Assembly: GCA_965215015.1 (NCBI GenBank)
Contig: OZ244042.1
Coordinates: 5,440,001-5,504,000, forward strand
DNA from: Candidatus Poribacteria bacterium
Lineage (GTDB): Bacteria; Poribacteria; WGA-4E; PCPOR2b
Direction: 5' to 3'
Length of the DNA: 64,000 nucleotides
In this document: positions 29,755 to 40,650 of the stretch, in pieces
How the letters are laid out: every line of letters starts with the position of its first letter
How positions within the stretch are numbered: the stretch's first letter is position 1
Notes under the pieces: generated by a model
Databases searched by the model: none
Seen by the model: only the letters and a program-made list of their open reading frames with translations
Told to the model about the DNA's origin: nothing
Made by a program: the position numbers and the translations under genes

Positions 29755-30849
29755 ATGCAGAACTGGTGCCGCTTGAACGTATCACAAATCGTTACATTAT
29801 CAATTTCTAAATTGAAAGTGTATCTACGGTTCTTCCCATTATTGCCCTGTTCCAGTTCTCCAGTCATCCCACCTTTTCCTGCACGCTTTCTCCGGCTCAT
29901 CATTGCCCCCGTCTTATTACTCGTGCCCCTTGAGGGAGCCTTTGCTCAAGAAGCCATTCGTATCCTCTCACACCAATTTAACCCGGACGATATTACAGTC
30001 GGAGATCGAGTTCAGTTACGCCTGCGGATCGAAGTCGATGAAAACCTACATATCTACTTAGATCCAATAGACAGCAGCAAACACGAGCATTTGGAAGTAG
30101 ATAAACCTCAAGTAAAACGAATCGAATCCGAAAGCCTACCAACGGGCAAAGCACGTTATGAGGTAACCTACCCACTACGTGCCTTCACTACCGGTACACA
30201 CACCCTTCCCTCCATTACAATTAAATACACTGGTGGCGATGGAGACAGCGGAAGTATCCAGACACCTGCTTATCTGTTTGAAGTGCGGGCTGTCAAACCC
30301 CCTGGTGCCACAGAGATGAAAGGAATCAAGGGGCCTTGGTCCGTGCCCCCCAATTGGTTTCTTTTGACTTTAGTCGTGTTTCTGGTAATCATAGTCGTCG
30401 GTGTGCTTGCCTTTTTTTATTTCCGCAAGTGGGCTCAACCGATAGAATCACAGTCTGAAGTACTGCCCCAGCGTCAACCTCACGAAATTGCTTATGAGCA
30501 GCTGAATCGGATTGAAGGGATGAACTGGGTCGCACAGGGCGAAATGAAAATATACCACACCGAAATCTCTCACGCTATCCGTCAGTATCTCGCTGCACGA
30601 TATCATATCCCCGCGCTTGAACTGACCACCCAAGAGCTACTCGACCGTTTGCAGCCCGAAGATATTCCGAAAGAGTTGGTGCGGCAGTTTTTCACTAACT
30701 GTGATCTGGTCAAGTTTGCCCGCTACAATCCCACGAAACCAGAAGCCCATGGGCAGATAGAGGAAGCACGTCGAATTGTCGATGAGACGAAGCAGTTTTG
30801 GAGGGGTAAGGATGAGGAACAGGAAAGCGAAATTGATGCGAATCTGTAA
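29755..30849 (+). CDS. BatD-like single-pass membrane protein (start uncertain)
   Basis: AFA signal end, ITVGD, IKGP-TM, PHEIAY..L, S..IR.YL..RY.IPALE.TT.E, DLVKFA. Confidence 0.75.
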   Translation: MQNWCRLNVSQIVTLSISKLKVYLRFFPLLPCSSSPVIPPFPARFLRLIIAPVLLLVPLEGAFAQEAIRILSHQFNPDDITVGDRVQLRLRIEVDENLHIYLDPIDSSKHEHLEVDKPQVKRIESESLPTGKARYEVTYPLRAFTTGTHTLPSITIKYTGGDGDSGSIQTPAYLFEVRAVKPPGATEMKGIKGPWSVPPNWFLLTLVVFLVIIVVGVLAFFYFRKWAQPIESQSEVLPQRQPHEIAYEQLNRIEGMNWVAQGEMKIYHTEISHAIRQYLAARYHIPALELTTQELLDRLQPEDIPKELVRQFFTNCDLVKFARYNPTKPEAHGQIEEARRIVDETKQFWRGKDEEQESEIDANL

Positions 30850-31211
30850 TTGCTGTGGGTGATAATAACCCAAGCTTCAACCGATTTTGATTTGGAGTTG
30901 ACGGGGCCAGAAGAGGAAGGAAAAATGCCACAGTAAAAATCTTCTTCCTTCCAGGCTTCTGTTCCTGTCTACCCTATCGTTTGTTATTTTCGCTTGTTTT
31001 TTTTTGAAAAAGAGGTACAATATTGGTTATAATGAGGCGAAAATAACATTAGTTTGCCCGGTTTTCTTTAAATCCGTTGGCAAAAGTCAATTTTTCTATA
31101 TGCTTACTTTGTATGCCTTACGGTGTAATGTTTCATTTGTTTTTGAAGCGGCAATTTTTGTCTCTAACGGAATGCCAAAGCATTTCTAATAGCTCATGAG
31201 GAGATGACTTT

Positions 31212-31531
31212 ATGTCAATGAGGTTTTCGATTTTCACCAAAACGCTAGCAGTTGTGTTGATTATTGCAGTATGTGTGGTCCCCATCTCAGGTGTTCGCGG
31301 CACCGTATGAATCAGAACGAACTACGAAGCGGCTTAGCCTATGGTGCTGTTTGGGTAGCCTGCGGGTTTGCGACGCTTCGCTGTATAGCGGCAATACTCG
31401 ACCCGACTCGTCTACTAATCGCTTATTGCATTATCGGTGGTGGATGTGCAACAGCAGCTGCGGCTTTTATAGCGGCAAAGAGGGCTTATGATGACTGCCG
31501 GCAGAGGTATAATATTGCAGGAGTTGGGTGA
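31212..31531 (+). pseudogene. Apparently frameshifted small secreted Cys/Ala-rich protein
   Basis: RBS GAGGAG, then the signal peptide MSMRFSIFTKTLAVVLIIAVCVVP. The continuation (SQVFAAPYES; then AYGAVWVACGFATLRC...DDCRQRY) lies in other frames. Confidence 0.45.
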
Positions 31532-31580
31532 TAGCCTGCCTATTGAATGACTACACAAATGAAAGGGAGGAGATTGATTT

Positions 31581-32003
31581 ATGAAAATCGCAAACACAAT
31601 GAGACAGCATATCTACAAATACGAATCGCTATACGCTATTTTGTGTGGGAGTTTGTTGATTGTTGGTGGGGGGTATTCGTTGATATCGAGGATAGGAGGT
31701 GACTACCCTTACCCTGGCATAGGTTATATGCTGATGGGTATAAGTTTCATCACATCAATTTACTTAAAGCGGAAATGGTTAGGGATTTGTGCTTTCCTTA
31801 CCATGCTTCTCGCTATATGGATTATGATCTTCAAACCTTTTTCCAACCTTGGAGATGATAACGCTAGAAAGGAAGTGGGTGTGCAGCAGCAGGCAGGGCG
31901 CAAGCTGCAAAGTCTAACGATATTAAGAACAATACACGATGGCAACTTGAGCTATCTTAGTTTTGTTCAACGCCTTGGTGTTAACGCGGAGCAGGTATTG
32001 TGA
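31581..32003 (+). CDS. Small hypothetical membrane protein (3 TM)
   Basis: Strong RBS GGAGGAG; three hydrophobic segments; 3' end overlaps the convergent gene. Confidence 0.55.
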   Translation: MKIANTMRQHIYKYESLYAILCGSLLIVGGGYSLISRIGGDYPYPGIGYMLMGISFITSIYLKRKWLGICAFLTMLLAIWIMIFKPFSNLGDDNARKEVGVQQQAGRKLQSLTILRTIHDGNLSYLSFVQRLGVNAEQVL

Positions 32004-32979
32004 CCTTCCCATTGTCCCGGCGTTGAGATTCCAGAAAGCCAATCATAATCTCCACAACCTTGTGCCCATCCTTGCCTGATGACGAGGATTCTCCCCCTTC
32101 AGCGACTATACGCACCAGTTCTTGGACGCCGGCGGGTATCCCCTCGACATCCCACATGGGTGGTCTTATGGTTTGAGAGGAGCCTTCCTTTTCGAGACTC
32201 GCTTTTTCATTATCGATAAGGACATAGCCTGTCGTGCCAACAATTTCAAGGCGAAAGTTTGGCGCGGGGGTATCCTTAGATCCACCGGCGTAATATCCAC
32301 GAACACCATTTGCGAAATGGATGTAACCACTTGCGGCGGGTTCCGTCTTGGGTTCGTGTCCGCCATCTCCCCGATATTCCCAATAATCTTCGTACCCCGC
32401 TTCCAATTCCGCAATGACCCACTCCGGGTCAGAATCCGCATAGTAGCAGATTGCATCAATGAGGTGGGTGCCGTTGCGAAATAACATGGCACGCCCCCCG
32501 TTCAGTGTGCCAATAATATACTTCACCTGCCCAATCTCGCCGGCTCCAACGATCTCTTCCTTCGTATACCGCCATAGGGGTTGCCATCGTCGGGTGTGGT
32601 CGATAGACAGAATTGTGCCGTTTCGCTCAACCGCTTCGAGCATACGGTCGGCGTCAGTGAGATTAGTCGCCATCGGCTTCTCGCAAAAAATGCCTTTCGC
32701 TCCTGCGTTGGCAGCGTTGACTACCAGATCTGCATGTCGATGATCAGAGGTCGCCACGGTCACAATGTCTAAGTTTTCCTTTGCCAACATCTCTTGGTGA
32801 TCTGTGTAGAGTGTGATGTTAGGCCAATGGTCTTTCCACTGCTCCTTGAAATCTGCCAGTGTGGTCTCTAATATATCACATGCAGCGACCAATTCTGCAT
32901 TGGGCAGCCCCACCAAACCAGAGGTATGTCTGACGCCAATGCCTCTGCATCCAATCACACCCACTCGATATTTTGCCAT
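31981..32979 (-). CDS. Gfo/Idh/MocA family oxidoreductase
   Basis: Start MAKYRVGVIGCRGIG; CEKPMA; GTHLID. Confidence 0.92.
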   Translation of the reverse strand: MAKYRVGVIGCRGIGVRHTSGLVGLPNAELVAACDILETTLADFKEQWKDHWPNITLYTDHQEMLAKENLDIVTVATSDHRHADLVVNAANAGAKGIFCEKPMATNLTDADRMLEAVERNGTILSIDHTRRWQPLWRYTKEEIVGAGEIGQVKYIIGTLNGGRAMLFRNGTHLIDAICYYADSDPEWVIAELEAGYEDYWEYRGDGGHEPKTEPAASGYIHFANGVRGYYAGGSKDTPAPNFRLEIVGTTGYVLIDNEKASLEKEGSSQTIRPPMWDVEGIPAGVQELVRIVAEGGESSSSGKDGHKVVEIMIGFLESQRRDNGKVTIPAPR

Positions 32980-33025
32980 AATAGGTTCTCCAATCTTCTG
33001 ATGTTTCACGTTGTGAAGGTCCCAG

Positions 33026-33406
33026 TTATTTGCCTTCCTCTGCGTCCCGCTCAAACAGCTGCAAAAGCATCTCATTTGGACCTTTGAAGAACGCTAGACG
33101 AATGCCGCCGGTACCGGCGTCGAAAGGTTCTTTCTCGATCGGCACTCCCTTGTCCTTCAGGTTTTGCACACTTGCGTCCACGCTATCAACTCTAAAGGAG
33201 ATGTGGTGGAACCCTTCTTCTGCCTGCATCGATTTTTTCGGCATCAGTTCTAGAATCATGTCGCCGGCTTTAAGAAAAACATAGTCTTCATCGTCTTCGA
33301 CGGGAAATCGCTCAATAACTTCCAGTCCAAGTGTTTCAGTATAAAATTTGACGGAGCCTTCGACATTGTCAGTAACAAGGGCTATTTTGTGAATCTTATG
33401 GACCAT
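33026..33406 (-). CDS. VOC/glyoxalase family protein
   Basis: FYTETLGL, ILELM, HHISFRV, AFFKGP; RBS AAGGAG. Confidence 0.88.
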   Translation of the reverse strand: MVHKIHKIALVTDNVEGSVKFYTETLGLEVIERFPVEDDEDYVFLKAGDMILELMPKKSMQAEEGFHHISFRVDSVDASVQNLKDKGVPIEKEPFDAGTGGIRLAFFKGPNEMLLQLFERDAEEGK

Positions 33407-33459
33407 CCTTAGTCTCCTTTTGTATATTTGGCTTTTGTACGGTAGGTTTTAAGTCAGAA

Positions 33460-33514
33460 AAGACAAACAAATCTCGATACTATGAATTTTGCCCTAACAT
33501 TCACAGTATCGAGA
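33460..33514 (-). terminator. Putative terminator after the TonB receptor gene
   Basis: tctcgatactatgaat...attcacagtatcgaga stem, followed by a U-rich tract on the minus strand. Confidence 0.6.
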
Positions 33515-33618
33515 ATCCTATGCCGGTATTCACAGAGGTAGGCATATAGCATATAACCAATGTGGTACTAGCTTGGTTAAAGGTCATGAGACGGTTTGCT
33601 CAGTCTATCGTTAAGGAG

Positions 33619-36108
33619 TTAAAACGTCTGCTCCCAACCGATATAGCAAAGCCGACCATTAAAGCCAAACGGCGCAGAACGCCGCGAATAGGTAAACACA
33701 CCCGGCGAATCAACCACAATATTTCCCCAAGGATCCACAATTTTTCCACCTCGCGATTGGCCAATGTGATTTTCGTCAGGGGTGACATTGAATAGGTTAT
33801 TCGCACCAATTTTGATTCGGCCATATTCGCCCAATCCATAGCTCAGTTGAATATCAGTTAGATATTTGGGCTTGTAGGTTTGGCTCTTGCCGCCATCAAT
33901 CACAGTGTATGCTCCGTACCGATGCACGGCGTAGTCCACAGCGATAGTGTCGTCCGAATATCGGGTTGACATCGAAACGCGATCTTTCGGCTGCCATGTC
34001 TCAATAATGGAGCGGTCTTGCTCGGTAAACAACGATTCCGGAAGATTGGCAGGGAGATTTACGTCAGTAATCTCTGTCTCCGTGTAGTTCGCAGCGAAGC
34101 TAAACGTAAGCGTCCCCTGTTCAAACACTGGATAAGCATAGGACGCAACAACATCTATACCTTGTGTTTGGGTGTCTGCAGCGTTCATGAAAAATTGCGC
34201 GCCTGCAACGCCTGAATCTTCAAGACTCTTTCTGATTCTTGACGGAATTTCTTCGTTGCCGCTTGCCAACCGTCCGCTAATGATAATACGATCGCTGATG
34301 GTGGCCCGATAGAAATCTGTGGTGAGTGTCAACCGATTCAATGGTTGAAAAATGAACCCTGCAGTGACATTGAGCGCGGTCTCTTCCGTCAACTCAGGAA
34401 TACCAACGGCTTCAGCAATTTCGCTATCGTTTCGGAATGTACCGATTTCTTGAGCAATTGACTGGCCATTAACAGTATTGAATTGTGTGCTGACGTTATT
34501 GAAGTACAGTTGCTGCATGGAAGGGGCACGAAACCCTGTGCTCGCCGAACCTCGCAGGGCAAGCATTTCAATTGGTTCATAGCGCAATGCCAATTTCCCG
34601 TTGATTGTGGATCCGAAATCGCTGTAGTTTTCGATGCGAGCTGCTGGATTGATAAGCACCGCCTTGATTGGACGGACTTCAACATCGGTGTAGAACGCAA
34701 AAGCCGTTCGGAGCTCGTCCACCTCATTTGAAGGTTGGAATCCGGGGAACACTTGGATACCGGGCGACGCCCCGCCGGGTCCGTCGTAGTCATGATAGGA
34801 AAGTTTTTCACCAGCCCGGATTTGGTAAATGTCGTTACGGAATCCACCACCGGCTGCAATGTTTCCCCAGTTCATCGGAAGTGAGAAATCAAGCCCCACC
34901 GTATTGAGAAAAAGCCGCAGGTCACCCGCATCGGCGGATGATGGGCTAGCCCCCTCCGCAGCGACGATCGAGGCATTGTGCGAATTGCTAACATTGAAGG
35001 CGAAAGTATTGCCGCCTGTCCCGACACTGGCATCCATCAACAAACCGTTAGCAAACGTTCGCTTCAGACCGACACCGATGGAGTAATCGAGTACGTCTGT
35101 GTTAATCAGCGGGAGGAAACCGTCAGGATAGGCAGACCCTTCCGGGTTGCGGTCAAGTTGATTGGCTCTTCGGTAGAACCCTGCACTTGTGTTTAGACGA
35201 TTGGAAAGATCGAGAAAACTGTAAAAAGTTGCATCTTCCCAAATGCTATCAATAGGCTTATCTAAGTTCAAAACAAGGGCCAGCTGACGGGATTCCGCAT
35301 CCCCGATCCGGAAATTTTGGCGGTCAAAGTTGTGTTCTTTGTTGCCGGGGTCACTCGTAATCTGGACAGGGGCCCCCTCGCCGACTTCGGTACTGGGATA
35401 CTGAACCACACCAGTCAAGCCGGCGCGGTTGGTCGGTTGTCGATCTCGGTATTCAAACGCTCCATGAAGAATGCCCTCTCCACCGAATTTAAAACCCTTG
35501 TTAGCACCCAATACGAATGTTTCTCCATCGCCTGCGTAAGTGGCCCCGTAGGAAGATCGGAACCCTCCTTCGTAGCCATCCTTGAGCACAATGTTGATGA
35601 CACCGGCGAGCGCATCTGAGCCGTACTGGGCCGAAGCCCCATCGCGGAGGACTTCGATTCGCTTAATGGCACTTGCAGGAATCGCGTTCATGTCGACTCC
35701 CGCTGTACCACGCCCAACGGAGGTATTGACGTGAATCAACGCACTACCGTGACGCCGTTTCCCGTTGACAAGCACAAGCACCTGGTCTGGTCCTAAACCT
35801 CGGAGCGTTGCGGGGCGGAGCGCATCCGTACCATCGCTAATTGAGGAACTCGAAAAATTGAATGATGGGGCTAACGTCTGCAAGACACGGCCCACCTCAG
35901 TATGTCCCGTCTTACGGATTTCGTCTTCATCAATAACATCAACGGGCACTGGTGAATCAAGCCGACTCCGCTCAGGGCCCCGAGTGCCAATAGTGACAAT
36001 TTCTTCTAGCTCAACGACTGGAGTTGTGTCTTCTTCTGCATCCTGCGCTAGAAGTGAAGAGGCATGGCACACACCGATTAAAAGTAAAATGCAAAGTGTG
36101 AATTTCAT
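33619..36108 (-). CDS. TonB-dependent receptor
   Basis: Signal peptide, TonB box EEIVTIG, plug LRGLGPDQVLVLVNGKR, IEVLRDGASAQYGSDA, STGFRAP, NNLFN, C-terminal Phe. Confidence 0.95.
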   Translation of the reverse strand: MKFTLCILLLIGVCHASSLLAQDAEEDTTPVVELEEIVTIGTRGPERSRLDSPVPVDVIDEDEIRKTGHTEVGRVLQTLAPSFNFSSSSISDGTDALRPATLRGLGPDQVLVLVNGKRRHGSALIHVNTSVGRGTAGVDMNAIPASAIKRIEVLRDGASAQYGSDALAGVINIVLKDGYEGGFRSSYGATYAGDGETFVLGANKGFKFGGEGILHGAFEYRDRQPTNRAGLTGVVQYPSTEVGEGAPVQITSDPGNKEHNFDRQNFRIGDAESRQLALVLNLDKPIDSIWEDATFYSFLDLSNRLNTSAGFYRRANQLDRNPEGSAYPDGFLPLINTDVLDYSIGVGLKRTFANGLLMDASVGTGGNTFAFNVSNSHNASIVAAEGASPSSADAGDLRLFLNTVGLDFSLPMNWGNIAAGGGFRNDIYQIRAGEKLSYHDYDGPGGASPGIQVFPGFQPSNEVDELRTAFAFYTDVEVRPIKAVLINPAARIENYSDFGSTINGKLALRYEPIEMLALRGSASTGFRAPSMQQLYFNNVSTQFNTVNGQSIAQEIGTFRNDSEIAEAVGIPELTEETALNVTAGFIFQPLNRLTLTTDFYRATISDRIIISGRLASGNEEIPSRIRKSLEDSGVAGAQFFMNAADTQTQGIDVVASYAYPVFEQGTLTFSFAANYTETEITDVNLPANLPESLFTEQDRSIIETWQPKDRVSMSTRYSDDTIAVDYAVHRYGAYTVIDGGKSQTYKPKYLTDIQLSYGLGEYGRIKIGANNLFNVTPDENHIGQSRGGKIVDPWGNIVVDSPGVFTYSRRSAPFGFNGRLCYIGWEQTF

Positions 36109-36803
36109 TAAAATCTCCTATGAACCGTAACTGTTTTTGGGGCGAACCCCTTAATAAATGCCGATCCCCCTGACATGGGGTCGGTCAGTGATAAGACCGA
36201 CAATGAAAGTGCAAAACAGGACGAAATTCCGTTAAAATAGCGGCGAGGCAGAAAATGCGGCACATTATAACTCTCCTTTCAAAATTGTAGTGGATTTCTG
36301 AAAGGATAACCGCTTTTCTGCCCCTTTGCACCTAAATTGTCCAAACTTTAGTAGTAGCTAACACTTTCGGTTTTTCTGACCTTCCGTGATGTGCCCCCTC
36401 AGATCAGTCAATCGGACAGAAATCGTCCCAATTTTAATAACGTACCAAAAAACAAAATTCGCCACTACTAACGTAACGGCAAACTTATATAGTTTTGAGG
36501 TAGGAGGGGCGGATAAGCCATTGAACCGTTTCATAGTTGAAGACCTCTTAGTATAAGCGATGAAATGGCTTTCTGTCAATGACAAAAAAGGTAACGCACC
36601 AAGGCAATCGCATATAAATCGCATATAAATAGTGTGTTGGACTTACGGAGGCACACGACAACGGAAATCTACTGGGATACTCTGCAGCTGAGGAAGCCCC
36701 GATTTCATCGAAGGGCAAGCTCTGCATCGCGACCGAGGGAACCCAGGGTTCCGATTACTCAATTGCTGAATGCCTCTGCTCACCTGCATATTTCTATCAC
36801 TGA

Positions 36804-37604
36804 TCAGAAGCTGACATATCCGCCACAAACAGGGATACACTGCCCCGTCACATAGTCCGAAAGATCTGTGACGAGAAACTCAACAACCTTCGCGCAATCC
36901 TCTGGCATCCCCATACGACGTAGGGGGATTTGCGGCAATAGTCTTTCGCGTGTTTCGGGGCTATTCCTGCCGCCGGCGATGCCACGGGATGAAAGAATAT
37001 AGCCCGGTGCGATGCAGTTCACATTAATTCCGTATGGGCCTAATTCAGCGGCAAGGACGCGAGTGTACTGCACGACCCCCGCTTTTGCAACGCCATACGC
37101 CATACCTCCTCCGTTCCAGCCACTCCATAATCCTGCCTGCGAGCTGACGTTAACAATCCGTCCATAACCCGCTTTCTTCATTGGGGAACTCACTGCCTGA
37201 CAGCAGAAAATCGCACTGCTGAGGTTGATCTCCATAATGTAGTTATAATATTCCTCTTCGGTGTCGGAGGCCATTGAGGATTTCGGTCGTCCTAACGCCC
37301 CACCGGTGTTGTTGACGAGGATATCAATTCGCCCGAGTTTGTCCACAATCTCGTCAACCATCGCAAAGACAGCATCGCGTTGCGTGACATCGATTTCAAA
37401 ACTGAGTGCCCGACACCCGAAATTTTCTACCTCTTCCCTGACGGTCCCCGCTGTCAGCTCTTCGTTATACTCTTTCGCTGCGTCGAGATTAATGTCGTTG
37501 ATAACAACATCCGCTCCCAATCGAGCGAGGTGGAGCGCGTAAGCCCTACCTAATCCACGCGCCGCGCCGGTAACAAATGCAACCTGTCCATCTAATTTAC
37601 CCAT
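36804..37604 (-). CDS. SDR family oxidoreductase
   Basis: TGAARGLG, LVNNTG, NVSS, YGVAK. Confidence 0.93.
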   Translation of the reverse strand: MGKLDGQVAFVTGAARGLGRAYALHLARLGADVVINDINLDAAKEYNEELTAGTVREEVENFGCRALSFEIDVTQRDAVFAMVDEIVDKLGRIDILVNNTGGALGRPKSSMASDTEEEYYNYIMEINLSSAIFCCQAVSSPMKKAGYGRIVNVSSQAGLWSGWNGGGMAYGVAKAGVVQYTRVLAAELGPYGINVNCIAPGYILSSRGIAGGRNSPETRERLLPQIPLRRMGMPEDCAKVVEFLVTDLSDYVTGQCIPVCGGYVSF

Positions 37605-37767
37605 CTAAACCTCCTTAATATGCGTGTAGATGAAGCGTGGATGCCCCACAGCTTGATAGTAATAGGCATACACCGTATGCCGTATCCTTGTGCAAATCTA
37701 GGTGTATAATAATGCAGAATCCCTCAATACCTACGTCCCAGCGAGGCGATATGTGTATAGCAATTGA

Positions 37768-40509
37768 CTACCGAACAACCGCAACCTTCCCCAACCTACG
37801 GACTATCTCACCTTCCCACTTCGCTTCCAAGACGTAGATATAAATTCCACCCGCGACAGGTTCACCCGCTTGATTGTTGCCCTTCCAGATGAAGGCTTCG
37901 TCGAGTGATGCTGACTGTTGACCAACGACATTGTGTAACACATCCATATAGAGCAAACACCCAGTGGCATCATAAATTTTTAGTGTAACATCGGCAGATT
38001 TGGTAAGCCGGAATGTAATGATAGCATTGCGCGAAGTGGGATTTGGATAAACGATAACCTGATCCACAAAATCAAAAATATCTTGAGTAAAGAAATCCAT
38101 CATCCGGCGTGCTTCATTGCCGGCTCGATCTGTCGCGCGGATCTCCAGGGTATGTCTACCCGCCTCCAGATTACTCGGAAGGTAGGTCAAGCGGCCCGTT
38201 GCGTCCTGATAAAGAAATTGTACCGGACGATTATCCACCCACAATTGAATCACATCGATGCCGGATCCTTCGTCGGTAATTTTATGTAGTATGAGAAAGC
38301 GTTCGGAGTGAATCTGTGCTGGCTCCTCAAGGAAAGCAGTATTTATGCTAGGTGGCACCCGGTCCACAAGAAGGGCATAGCTTCCGAACCGATTGACAGT
38401 GGCTTCAAACATGCCGAATTGGTTGCGGATTGCATTCAGCGGCAGCCATTGCTGGAATTGGCTGTCCCACTGAAACATCGCCACCCCGCTTCCATCTATA
38501 TTTTGTCCTGGGGGAAGTGGCAGTGTAATCTGAAATGACACATCTTCTGTCTCCACAAGGGATTCAATAAGGTAGACAGGGTGAAGTATCGTAAGCCCGC
38601 GTTCCTCGGCGTTTTGTTGCTGAGCGCGAATCGTATTTTGATCCGATCCGCCTTGACTTCGCAAGGTAACTCCAGGCACTGCATCACCCTCAAGTAGTAG
38701 AACGCTGGGGCCGCTATCAATGGAAACATGAATCGTCTCCAACGGGAAATCCTCTCCTCGAATAAATCGCGGGAATTGAATATCTTCAAAAAGCCGATTC
38801 TGATCGGTAAAGTAACCGCGCACAGACAGTGCCTCTCCGTTGAAGGAACGAACTTGGGTGGAAAATGTGAACCCTGTTTGAGAGGGAGCGGTTGGAAAGT
38901 CAAGGACATATTGAAAGATTGACTGCTGATGACCTACATTCAAATCTGTGCTCAATTTCTCCTCCGCGATGCTGACAGGATCGAGATTGGGCGTATACCC
39001 CAACCGCGATCCAGATGGCAGAACCTTAACAACGGGAGTTGTTGCCAACCGCTTCGTTGTGGTTAAGGTGATTCTGAGCGTATGGTTTTCGTCTTCAACC
39101 CGCTCCGCCGAAATGGACGCTTGGAATGGGTGCGTGTCAATGATAAACGTAAAATCAATTGATGCCGCCGAATTGCCTGCGGTATCCTGCACCTCCAATT
39201 TGAAGCGATAGGCACCGTCAATTAGCTCGGTCTGCGGGGTGTAGGTGAACTGACCTGTTTCAGGTTGAAAATCAAACAGCTTCCTATCAAACTTAGAAGC
39301 ACCCGGGCTTCCATCAAAAACAAACGTCTCTTCACCAAAGCTGAAACGAATTGTTCGTGGATCTATCTCCATATCATCAATTAAGAACCCTGTAATTTTT
39401 ACGTCCGATCGGTCAAGAGATGCGCCGTCGGGAGGCAAAACTTCGGTTATCGCCGGTGGGTTAAAATCTATCCCAAGAAGCGGAGCTTTCTTCTCATAGC
39501 TGATATGGCGTTGCACGATTGTTTTGCGACCTAACCGATCGACAGCGACCACACGGATGAGATTGGACGCCTCCTTTCCGACATTGTGAGTAGAATCTTT
39601 GTCCTTCAGTAGGAGTGTACGCTCAAAACGACCATCTACCTTGAGCGGTACAGCAGTACCGTTAATAAAAAGCTGCACATCCGGGTCATCGATTTGACCG
39701 GATACGGTGACGTAAGGCACCTCAAGCAGATCAGAATCAAGCGGAGAAACCAGTGTAATCTCCGGCGGTTCGCTATCACGCACAACGGTTCGGATTACGC
39801 TTGTCTCCAAACCAATTGGGTTTGTCCCTTGGATCTCGATTCGGTTTGGACCTTCGCCCAAGGGCAACTGTGCGACAAAGCGTCCTTCTAAATCAACAGG
39901 CAAGGACATCTCCATCTGCTCGGATTTTAGAATAACGGTGTTCGATGTTTCTGTTACGCCCCGCACGGTTATTTGTGTCTTTAATGTCAACAGGTCCTCA
40001 GGCGGATCGGAGACCTCTAGGCGCGGGCGTTCGTTCTCAATAAAAATATGAATCTGATCTTGTATTTCATCGCCGTGCATCGAAACGACAACAAGCCGTA
40101 TCAGGAATTCGCCGCGCAGCCGTTGTGCATCCCACTGTCCGAGAAAACCGGTCTCGGTCACCGGGGCGGTTGCTCTGCCCCCAATCTGACGCCATCCGGT
40201 CGAGACAGTTTTCCCCGTACCTGTAGAAATGGAGGCATACTCTAAGCGGTATTCCTTGAACATCGTGCCATGAGCTAATCCGAAGATGTCAATTTTACCG
40301 CTCAATTGTTCTCCTGTATGGGGGCTAACAATTTTCGATTCAATTGCCGAGAACGCCGTGGAGGCATGGAGCAAAGTGGTAAAGCTGAATAACCAGAGCA
40401 CATGTCCAAAAAAAATAGAAACGGGCAGGATTGAAGAATGGAAGGATGGGAGGGAGGAGAGAAAGGAAGGATTCGTTTTACGTTTCACAACTCCGTTCCG
40501 AGAAGACAA
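37768..40509 (-). CDS. Large secreted Ig-like repeat protein with C-terminal FlgD/sorting-type domain (start uncertain)
   Basis: Repeated Ig-like folds (G.N.I...A.D..G), DxxPP linkers, C-terminal VYPNP..VTLKIYD..W.G.N..GEPVAGGIY. Confidence 0.8.
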   Translation of the reverse strand: MSSRNGVVKRKTNPSFLSSLPSFHSSILPVSIFFGHVLWLFSFTTLLHASTAFSAIESKIVSPHTGEQLSGKIDIFGLAHGTMFKEYRLEYASISTGTGKTVSTGWRQIGGRATAPVTETGFLGQWDAQRLRGEFLIRLVVVSMHGDEIQDQIHIFIENERPRLEVSDPPEDLLTLKTQITVRGVTETSNTVILKSEQMEMSLPVDLEGRFVAQLPLGEGPNRIEIQGTNPIGLETSVIRTVVRDSEPPEITLVSPLDSDLLEVPYVTVSGQIDDPDVQLFINGTAVPLKVDGRFERTLLLKDKDSTHNVGKEASNLIRVVAVDRLGRKTIVQRHISYEKKAPLLGIDFNPPAITEVLPPDGASLDRSDVKITGFLIDDMEIDPRTIRFSFGEETFVFDGSPGASKFDRKLFDFQPETGQFTYTPQTELIDGAYRFKLEVQDTAGNSAASIDFTFIIDTHPFQASISAERVEDENHTLRITLTTTKRLATTPVVKVLPSGSRLGYTPNLDPVSIAEEKLSTDLNVGHQQSIFQYVLDFPTAPSQTGFTFSTQVRSFNGEALSVRGYFTDQNRLFEDIQFPRFIRGEDFPLETIHVSIDSGPSVLLLEGDAVPGVTLRSQGGSDQNTIRAQQQNAEERGLTILHPVYLIESLVETEDVSFQITLPLPPGQNIDGSGVAMFQWDSQFQQWLPLNAIRNQFGMFEATVNRFGSYALLVDRVPPSINTAFLEEPAQIHSERFLILHKITDEGSGIDVIQLWVDNRPVQFLYQDATGRLTYLPSNLEAGRHTLEIRATDRAGNEARRMMDFFTQDIFDFVDQVIVYPNPTSRNAIITFRLTKSADVTLKIYDATGCLLYMDVLHNVVGQQSASLDEAFIWKGNNQAGEPVAGGIYIYVLEAKWEGEIVRRLGKVAVVR

Positions 40510-40650
40510 GAATCGGGCCTGCGTTCCGAAAATACCAATAACGTCGCGTCATGGGCGTCATGGTTCTAGGCTCAATCAACCCGGTATGTAATGCAACACA
40601 TCGGGTATTTTCGGGACGGACAGATCCATCGGGGGTTCACGTTTTATGCG

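Noticed and set aside
36358-36800. Short ORFs or a possible ncRNA between the TonB receptor and SDR genes
   Set aside because: No RBS, motif or convincing fold recognised.
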